Assembly: GCA_963666985.2 (NCBI GenBank)
Contig: CAXXIA010000001.1
Span: 320,001-384,000, forward strand
Length of the DNA stretch: 64,000 nt
Direction of reading: 5' to 3'
Source: Spirochaetia bacterium
GTDB lineage: Bacteria; Spirochaetota; Spirochaetia; DSM-2461
Shown here: piece by piece, positions 57,329 to 64,000 of the stretch
Layout: each line of letters starts with the position of its first letter
How positions within the stretch are numbered: the stretch's first letter is position 1
Notes under the pieces: generated by a model
The model's input: the letters and a program-made list of their open reading frames with translations, nothing else
The model's database searches: none
What the model was told of the DNA's origin: nothing
Translations under genes and position numbers: made by a program

Positions 57329-58590
57329 GCGGACATCTCCTCTGCATAACGAACGCAGCCGTTCATATACTCATCTCGGTAATATTTCAGTGACGATTTA
57401 AGACTGTTGCCCGCCGCCTGCCCGAGTCCGCAGAAGGAGGCGTCTTGCATTACACGTGTATACCGATCAAGCCGATCCAGATCTTCTTCGGTTGCTGTTC
57501 TTTTATTCAGCTTTTCAAGAAGGATGTTGACTTGCCGGAGACCCTCACGGCACGGAGTACATTTCCCGCAGCTTTCATGGAGAAAAAAACGAACTCGATT
57601 TCGAACATTTTCGAGAATATCTCGCGTGTCGTCCAAAACAAAAAGTGCTCCGGAACCGATGGTTATTTCTTTTTCCATACAGCATCGATATTCCAAGAGC
57701 GTATCAAGCATTTCCGAGGGAACCAGAACACCCGAAGCTCCTCCGATATTAACGGCTTTCACCTTCCGGCCGTCCTTCGGTCCCCCGCCGTATTCGTAAA
57801 CGATATCGTGGAAACTTGTTCCGTAGGGAACTTCATACAGACCGCGTCTTTTCACATCGCCCGAGAGCGATATAAGTTTTGTTCCCGGACTGTCCTCGGT
57901 TCCTATGGAGCGGTACCACTCGGCACCCTTCTCGATGATTTTCGGGATGTTCGCAAGGGTTTCCACATTGTTGATCAGCGTCGGTTTTCCCAAGTAACCC
58001 GCTTCGGTTGGGTAGGGAGGCTTCAGCCGAGGCCGCCCCTTTTTCCCTTCGAGAGATGATAAGAGGGCCGTTTCTTCACCGCATAAATAACTGCCGGCTC
58101 CCGAAAAGATTTCAAGGTGAAGAGAAAACTCGCCGCCGAGTATATTTTTACCGAAAAGACCGGCTTTTTCAGCCACCGTTATGGCGTTCTTTATCTTTTC
58201 CTGCGCTTCAGGATATTCATGCCTGACATAAATAAATCCTTTTTCGGCTCCTGCCGCGTAAGCGGCGATAAGAATTCCTTCCAGCAGCTGAAAAGGCAGA
58301 TGCGTCAGTATAAATCGATCCTTAAAGGTTCCGGGCTCTCCTTCATCGGCGTTGCAGATGATGAAACGTTCCTTTTCAGAGGCGGAGGCGACCATACCGA
58401 TTTTTATTCCGGTAGGAAAAGCGGCTCCGCCGCGGCCTCTGAGACCGGCGCGATTCAGTTCCTCCACTATGAATGAGGAATCTTGGGACATCACTTTGCG
58501 GAGTGCCGAGAATCCGCCTCTTGAAACGTAGGAATCCAGATCGATAAATTCATCGAAATCGGTATTGAAAATCCAATTGCTATTCTTCAT
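57325..58590 (-). CDS. hydB: NuoF-like diaphorase subunit, short form (421 aa)
   Basis: LRGRGGAAFPTG, NADEGEPGTFKDR, GAGSYLCGEETAL, ESCGKCTPCREG, SFCGLG. No C-terminal 2x[4Fe-4S] domain. Confidence 0.93.
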   Translation of the reverse strand: MKNSNWIFNTDFDEFIDLDSYVSRGGFSALRKVMSQDSSFIVEELNRAGLRGRGGAAFPTGIKIGMVASASEKERFIICNADEGEPGTFKDRFILTHLPFQLLEGILIAAYAAGAEKGFIYVRHEYPEAQEKIKNAITVAEKAGLFGKNILGGEFSLHLEIFSGAGSYLCGEETALLSSLEGKKGRPRLKPPYPTEAGYLGKPTLINNVETLANIPKIIEKGAEWYRSIGTEDSPGTKLISLSGDVKRRGLYEVPYGTSFHDIVYEYGGGPKDGRKVKAVNIGGASGVLVPSEMLDTLLEYRCCMEKEITIGSGALFVLDDTRDILENVRNRVRFFLHESCGKCTPCREGLRQVNILLEKLNKRTATEEDLDRLDRYTRVMQDASFCGLGQAAGNSLKSSLKYYRDEYMNGCVRYAEEMSA

Positions 58591-59053
58591 CCGTTTGCTC
58601 CATTTTTTTTATGATTTCTACGGCGCTTTCCGGAGTGAGATTCCCGAAAACCTGATCGTCGATTTTCATTGCCGGCGACATATAGCAGGCACCGAGACAG
58701 TTGACAATCTCAAGAGTAAAAAGACCGTCTTCAGTGGTTTCATTCACATCAATGCCCAGTTTGTCTTTGACGGCTCTATGGATCGCTTCTTTACCTGCGT
58801 TTTCACACGGAGCATTACAGCAAATCCTGATGAGGTGTTTTCCCCGGGGAACTAAAGAAATTTCACTGTAGAATGAAGCGGTTGAATACACCCTGCTTCT
58901 GGAAAGATTTAATTTCTCGGCAATTTCTTTTACGTTCTCCTCGCTGATGTAATTACAAGGATTTTTTTTCTGATACTCCAGTAAAACGGGAAGCAAAGAA
59001 TGACTTTGTTCGGACGTTAATGAAGATGCTTTTTCAACGAGAACCATGCTCAT
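58580..59053 (-). CDS. hydC: NuoE-like 2Fe-2S subunit
   Basis: VYSTASFY, C-x4-C (ICCNAPC), TTEDGLFTL, CLGAC..SP. Confidence 0.93.
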   Translation of the reverse strand: MSMVLVEKASSLTSEQSHSLLPVLLEYQKKNPCNYISEENVKEIAEKLNLSRSRVYSTASFYSEISLVPRGKHLIRICCNAPCENAGKEAIHRAVKDKLGIDVNETTEDGLFTLEIVNCLGACYMSPAMKIDDQVFGNLTPESAVEIIKKMEQTDEE

Positions 59054-59587
59054 TAATTAACCTCTCTTTTTGGTTTTTGCGATTCTATTTTGCCTCAATA
59101 ATGAATGTCAATTAATATGTTTTTATCTATAATGGTTATATTTAATTCGCATAATGATGCTTGATAGTGCAAAAATGATTCTTGTAAGAGCGTAAAAGAT
59201 GGTATATCCGGCTCTCGATAATTTGATAATAAATGTTCTGTATTGTAATGATTTTTATCGATATTTTATTTATGAAATATATTTTGGATATTGCAGAGTA
59301 TGAAAGTGATATCTGTTGTTCATGAAAAAGAGCCCTCTTATGATGAGCTGTAAAAAGGATAAAAATATCGATAAAATGAGAATGATTTTACTGCGTTTTT
59401 TTATACTGTTTTTTATCTCATGAAAAAGGTGCGTTCTTAATTCTTAACTTATCGAGAAAATCGAACTGTTCCGGCTTATAATCGGAATTATGAAAAAGTC
59501 TCGTATTTCTCGGATTGCTTTCAGCCCGGCTTCATCGACTCTTATAGCGGTTCTTCCGCTTCCGGCGAGTATCCCGGTCAGCCGGTA

Positions 59588-59716
59588 ATGGGCCTTCTTA
59601 ACATCTCCGAGACCGCGGCGGGATTCGATTGGACGGGATTCACTTGGCGGACCTTGGGGATTCTTACAGTGATTACCGTTCTCTTGTTCTTCTTTTTAAA
59701 CGATATAAAGAATTGA
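59588..59716 (+). CDS. Candidate 42-aa single-TM small protein (or gene remnant)
   Basis: MGLLNISETAAGFDWTGFTWRTLGILTVITVLLFFFLNDIKN. Coupled by a TAATG overlap to a 32-aa ORF at 59490-59588. Confidence 0.3.
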   Translation: MGLLNISETAAGFDWTGFTWRTLGILTVITVLLFFFLNDIKN

Positions 59717-59866
59717 ATATAAAAGAGGGAGCGTTGTTTCAGCCGATGAGTTCGGTTTCGATTTTGAAGCCACTATTTCCAAACTTATCGTTTCAGGTAA
59801 ACTTGTTCGCAGGGAACGCATCAGCATGATTCCCGATTGATTCATCGACAAGCCGGGGAGGTACTG

Positions 59867-60481
59867 ATGAATATGGATTCCTGGATAACAGCCTTTTTGG
59901 CCCTTTTTGCGATTCTCAATCCTCTGGGACTTATTCCGCTGTTTACGGAATTTACCGAAGGTTTGGGAGCAAAGGACCGAATTAAGGTTTACAACATAAC
60001 CGTCCTAACCGGTTTCTCGACGATGGCCGTAATGACGTTTTTGGGCGAATGGCTGATAAAAAATCTTTTCCAGATTGATATCGTCGAGTTCCGGATCGCA
60101 GGCGGCATTCTTTTAACGATAATCGCCGTTAAATACATTGTTTTTCCGCAAAAGGAAGAAGCATCCGAAACAAGTGCCGAAGAAATACGGGCGAAAGCCA
60201 TGGAATCGGGGATCGTTCCCATGGGTGTTCCGCTTTTGGTCGGTCCCGGATCTATCGTTACCGGTATTCTGATAATGGATAAGAACGGATTTGTCGTAAC
60301 TTTTACCGCCCTTATTTCCGTTTTCATTACGTGCTGGGGCTTCTTTCAGCTTTCACCTGTTATAAGCCGCCTTATGGGAAAGGTGGGAAGACTTGTTATC
60401 AGCCGTGTTCTTTGGATCTTTATTGCCGCAACCGGTGTGCATTTGCTGCTCTCCGGAATACGGGAGATGTTCGGCATTTAA
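59867..60481 (+). CDS. MarC-family membrane protein
   Basis: LFAILNPLG.IP.F, FRIAGGILL, IVPMGVPLLVGPGSI. SD GGAGG before ATG 59867. Confidence 0.93.
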   Translation: MNMDSWITAFLALFAILNPLGLIPLFTEFTEGLGAKDRIKVYNITVLTGFSTMAVMTFLGEWLIKNLFQIDIVEFRIAGGILLTIIAVKYIVFPQKEEASETSAEEIRAKAMESGIVPMGVPLLVGPGSIVTGILIMDKNGFVVTFTALISVFITCWGFFQLSPVISRLMGKVGRLVISRVLWIFIAATGVHLLLSGIREMFGI

Positions 60482-60521
60482 CGGAAAGCGGATTCGCTGA
60501 GATTCAAGTTTTTCGTCATTA

Positions 60522-61901
60522 TCAATGTTCGGCGGTGAATCCCGTTGAGAGAGAAGCGCTCTTTCCCAGATTTCTGACTTCTCTTACAAGCAGAACGGTT
60601 GTAAGGAGTGTTGAAAGAATATCGGCAATAGGGAAAGAGAACCAAACGCCCGAGGTTCCGATAAACCTGGATAGAATCAACACGAGCGGCAGGAGAATGA
60701 TGAACTGCCTGGAGAGACCCAAAATAAACGACTCATTCGGTTTCCCGACCGATTGGAAATAACTGGATCCGGTTATTTGAATCGCCGCAAAGGGAATCCC
60801 CAAAACCATGATTCGCAGAATACGGGCGCCTTCCGTGCGAAGGGTGCCTTCGGCGCCGAAAAGCGCCATGCAAAACTGCGGCATAATCATCATGATGAGG
60901 TATCCGATAAGGGACGTTAAGAATGCGACGAACAGCGCAAGAGACAGACTTGATTTCACACGGTCAAAACGTTTGGCTCCATAGTTATATCCGGCTATGG
61001 GCTGAAAACCTTGCGCAATACCGACTATCGGAAAAATTATAATACTGTTGAGTCGGGAGATCATACCGAAAATGGCTATTGCGTCGTTTCCGCCGTATGT
61101 TCCGAGCGTATTATTTATAACGAGCTGAAGAAGGCTCATCCCCGCCGATTGAACGAAAACCGGTATACCGAGTACCGTCATTTCGGGAACCAGCGAGAAG
61201 TCGGGCCGGAAATGCTTTTTATTGATGGGAATATTGGAATCCCCGCGGGCATAGATGAAGAGAAAATAAACACATGTGAAGAATTGTCCGATTATGGTGG
61301 CCACGGCCGCTCCGCGAACTCCCATTCCCAGAACGATAATAAGAATAGGATCGAGGATGATGTTAAGAATCGCTCCGATGGCCATTCCTATCATTGCGGA
61401 GCGGGCATTCCCTTCCGATCGGATCAGATTGCTGGCACCCATTCCCAGCGCGAAGAAGAAGAAACCGGGTGCGACGATGGAAATATAGTCGACGGCATAG
61501 GGCATTATTTCATCGGTCGCGCCGAAAAGCCGGAGGACCGATTCCTTAAAAATAAGGAGAATAACGATAAGAAGAAACGTTGCCGTTACGATGATTGTGT
61601 ATGCCGTGCCGGTTGCGCGCGCGGCCGCATCCGAATCCTTGGCACCGAGGCGTCGTGACGTTATTGATGCGGCACCGACGCTGATTGCTTGAGCAAAGGA
61701 AGAAACAAGCATCTGCAGCGGGAAGACGATCGAAAGCGCCGCTATGGCAAGAGGACCCACCCCATGACCGACGAATATTGTGTCTACAATGTTATAAAGT
61801 GCGTTGATTATCATGGCTACCGTAGCAGGCAGAGCCATGCGAAAAAGCAGCGGAAGTACGGCTTCCTCACCGAGAATCTCGCTTCCTTTATTTGGCTTCA
61901 T
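60522..61901 (-). CDS. MATE-family efflux transporter (MepA-like)
   Basis: LYNIVDTIFVG, NIILDPI, MGVRGAAVAT, QPIAGYNYGA. Confidence 0.95.
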   Translation of the reverse strand: MKPNKGSEILGEEAVLPLLFRMALPATVAMIINALYNIVDTIFVGHGVGPLAIAALSIVFPLQMLVSSFAQAISVGAASITSRRLGAKDSDAAARATGTAYTIIVTATFLLIVILLIFKESVLRLFGATDEIMPYAVDYISIVAPGFFFFALGMGASNLIRSEGNARSAMIGMAIGAILNIILDPILIIVLGMGVRGAAVATIIGQFFTCVYFLFIYARGDSNIPINKKHFRPDFSLVPEMTVLGIPVFVQSAGMSLLQLVINNTLGTYGGNDAIAIFGMISRLNSIIIFPIVGIAQGFQPIAGYNYGAKRFDRVKSSLSLALFVAFLTSLIGYLIMMIMPQFCMALFGAEGTLRTEGARILRIMVLGIPFAAIQITGSSYFQSVGKPNESFILGLSRQFIILLPLVLILSRFIGTSGVWFSFPIADILSTLLTTVLLVREVRNLGKSASLSTGFTAEH

Positions 61902-61949
61902 TTCTTTTCTCCTTAGCCTTCTTGATCATTGCATATGCGGGTTATGTAT

Positions 61950-61965
61950 GCAAGTAGTTGCTTGC
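61950..61965. promoter_or_regulatory. Candidate TetR operator between divergent MATE and TetR genes
   Basis: Imperfect palindrome GCAAGTAG|TTGCTTGC. Confidence 0.55.
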
Positions 61966-61998
61966 TTTATCGCGAATATTCATATAATATGATGAAAC

Positions 61999-62574
61999 AT
62001 GGGGCAATCGACCGGTGATAGAATCCTGAAAGCGGCACTCGATCTTTTTTCAGAACACGGTTATACGGATGTAACAACCAGAAGAATCGCATCCGCGGCC
62101 GGTGTGAACGAAGTAACTCTGTTTCGACTCTTCGGTACGAAAAAATTGCTTTATATCGGTGTGTTTGAACGGTTCTCTCTGAAACCCGGACCGGACGTTC
62201 TGGAGGGAATAACATACGAGCTGAATACCGACCTGAGAAAATTCGGTCATAAATTCGTAAAGCTGTTTCTGAATAATCTCAGAATTGTCAAAATGAGTTC
62301 ACTGGCGCTTGCCTCGGAAATCCCCGAAGTCCAATCGAAACTCGGCATTCAAATTCATGAACTGAAATACGTTATCGAGCCTTATTTCATCACAATGAAA
62401 AAACGGGGTTCCCTTTTCGGCGATCCGGTTTCTTCATGCGATCTTTTTGTTGATCTTCTTTTCGGTTATGCGGGACACATCGAACGATCCGGAAGAGTGG
62501 ATGAGTTATCGAACTCTCTGGATCGTCTTATTTCAATATTCGCCTCGGGGATAGCTTCAACGGTAAACTCATAG
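61999..62574 (+). CDS. TetR/AcrR-family transcriptional regulator
   Basis: RILKAALDLFSEHGY..VTTRRIA..AGVNEVTLFRLFGTK. Confidence 0.95.
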   Translation: MGQSTGDRILKAALDLFSEHGYTDVTTRRIASAAGVNEVTLFRLFGTKKLLYIGVFERFSLKPGPDVLEGITYELNTDLRKFGHKFVKLFLNNLRIVKMSSLALASEIPEVQSKLGIQIHELKYVIEPYFITMKKRGSLFGDPVSSCDLFVDLLFGYAGHIERSGRVDELSNSLDRLISIFASGIASTVNS

Positions 62575-62953
62575 GGATGCCGGGTAAGTAGGTCGGTCAG
62601 ACCAAACAATGGAATCCGACAAACGGCCGAAGAGGCTTTTCGGAGAGTTCCTAAAAATAACGACTTGGATTAATATAAGAACTTCAACACAAGGTGACAT
62701 CGGCGTCTGTTCGGTAATGATACTCTTTTTTAAGAGTTTCAACTCTTTAATCAACAGTCTTGAGAGGGCGGTCCGGCCCCTCTTGTCCGAAGGCTCTGAA
62801 GCAAAATGCTTAGCCGCAGTTTCTTTGTGATTGTTCGGGATTCTTGAAGAAATGGTGAAGATTTTTAAAAGAACCGAAGATAAATACTGGAAATCATGAC
62901 TTCCTGAAAAAAAGGCGGTAATAAAATAACGAATATGGAGAAAGGATTAAGTA

Positions 62954-64000
62954 ATGGCAAATACGGTCTTTAGTTCACTGCAGCAAAATTTTAAATATAG
63001 AAAATACCAAGGACATGGCAAGCGATGGTTCATTCTGGGAGTCACCGCAGCCGTTCTCCTTCTTCTTTTTGGAATGATCACTTTGCTTTTTTCCGATCAA
63101 ATGATGCTTCAGACTCCCATTATTACTCAGGAGCCTTCGATTATCACTTATTTGGAAGGTGATGTGGAAGCTTTCATTCATGGTGATTGGATAACGGCTG
63201 AGATCGGAACGAAATTGAACGAGGGAGACGGAGTACGGACCGGTTCCGATTCATACGCCGATGTTCGTGTTTATCAAGATTCCGTTTTACGTCTGTTGGC
63301 GGATTCCGAAGTGATATTGGATGAGTCCGCTATAAAAGAACATAATATTGCGGTTAATGCAGGATTGGTTCTCGCGAAAGTTCGGCTGCTGTTTGATGGA
63401 CAGAGCCTGCAGTTTTTCACACCTAATGCCATCGCGGCCGTTCGGGGAACGGAGCTGGTTTTCGAATCGACACCGGAAGGCAGCCGAATTTATGCTCTTT
63501 CGGGAATCACCGAAGTGAACGCTAAAGATTATCCTGAAGAACCGATTTTATTGGCCTATGAGAAAAGCACTACAATTCGGAGCGGATCGCCTCCAACGGA
63601 TCCTGTTCCGATGGAAGCGGAAGATATTGCCAGGTTTCGGCGTGAAATCAATCTGATTCACTCCCAGGAAGTTTTCTTAATAACCCAGGATATTTTGTTT
63701 AAACCCGACAGTGCCGAAGTTTTGTCCGAATCAATAGATACGCTTGATGAGGTGGCGAGGACAATCCGTTTGAAGCGTGTCAATATCCTTATTGCCGGGC
63801 ATACGGCCGATGTGGGGAATACGTCCGCTCAAATCAGGCTATCCGAGGAACGGGCGCAAACGATACGCAATGAATTGATTAAAAGGCATGTTTCCCGGCG
63901 AAGGCTGGAAACCATCGGTTACGGCGGCAGCCAGCCGATCGGTGATAACAATACTCCGGAAGGTCGGGCGCAGAATCGTCGTGTGGAATTTATTCTGACG
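62954..64000 (+). CDS. FecR-domain + OmpA-like domain membrane protein (3' end outside the window; not in the ORF track)
   Basis: Hand translation from ATG 62954: TM helix, then ITYLEGDV...GDGVRTGSDS...TPNAIAAVRGT (FecR), then ILFKPDSA...IAGHTADVG...LSEERA...GYGGSQP...NRRVEFILT (OmpA C). Confidence 0.88.
   Translation, partial: MANTVFSSLQQNFKYRKYQGHGKRWFILGVTAAVLLLLFGMITLLFSDQMMLQTPIITQEPSIITYLEGDVEAFIHGDWITAEIGTKLNEGDGVRTGSDSYADVRVYQDSVLRLLADSEVILDESAIKEHNIAVNAGLVLAKVRLLFDGQSLQFFTPNAIAAVRGTELVFESTPEGSRIYALSGITEVNAKDYPEEPILLAYEKSTTIRSGSPPTDPVPMEAEDIARFRREINLIHSQEVFLITQDILFKPDSAEVLSESIDTLDEVARTIRLKRVNILIAGHTADVGNTSAQIRLSEERAQTIRNELIKRHVSRRRLETIGYGGSQPIGDNNTPEGRAQNRRVEFILT

Noticed and set aside
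57325..59053. Respiratory complex I nuoE/nuoF
   Set aside because: They are coupled to an H-cluster hydA and no membrane nuo genes are present, so they are hydrogenase subunits.
62569..62830. Short ORFs between TetR and the FecR-OmpA gene
   Set aside because: No SD, motif or convincing coding pattern on either strand.
1..64000. CRISPR array, cas genes, rRNA, prophage, integrase, retron or other defence genes
   Set aside because: No regularly spaced repeat-spacer run and no recognisable motifs were found by eye. Weak ncRNAs or riboswitches cannot be excluded without a covariance-model scan.

Overview
A roughly 53% GC (estimated by eye) bacterial chromosome segment. It is most likely from an anaerobic, saccharolytic free-living spirochaete (Spirochaetota). 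This is an inference from the DUF4037-type gene next to rpmB, the FlgD-Ig/OmpA lipoprotein, solute-binding signal peptides ending in FANG, and a LacI-type sugar-binding domain fused to a histidine kinase. Contents, left to right: (1) an IclR-controlled operon with a split transketolase, an RpiB-like isomerase, an IolD-like TPP enzyme and a Gfo/Idh/MocA enzyme; (2) a FadR-controlled operon with an unusual SCP2-Gfo/Idh/MocA-M24 fusion broken by a +1 frameshift, plus BKACE, SDR, epimerase and a CUT2 ABC transporter; (3) an IS1182-family element between tRNA-Arg(TCT) and a tRIP/REP-like palindromic element, with tRNA-Pro(TGG) nearby; (4) housekeeping genes (nth, pyrD/pyrK, DtxR, rpmB, MBL hydrolase, patatin); (5) a cassette in which a YesN-type regulator and a sensor-less YesM-type kinase are translationally coupled to a catalytically dead RbsA-like pseudo-ATPase, downstream of an intact ABC transporter and two amidohydrolase-2 enzymes (best candidate for an undescribed signalling system); (6) recQ, a diguanylate cyclase, and a GH3/CUT1 ABC locus with a cytoplasmic LacI-domain kinase; (7) an orphan ParB-like protein coupled to a GH36 alpha-galactosidase; (8) a trimeric [FeFe]-hydrogenase with non-bifurcating signatures; (9) MarC, MATE/TetR and a FecR-OmpA gene running off the right edge. 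About ten genes, mostly regulators, have a -10 box 5-8 nt before the ATG and no Shine-Dalgarno, suggesting widespread leaderless mRNAs. No CRISPR array, rRNA or prophage was seen. All family calls come from motif recognition by eye, not database searches.
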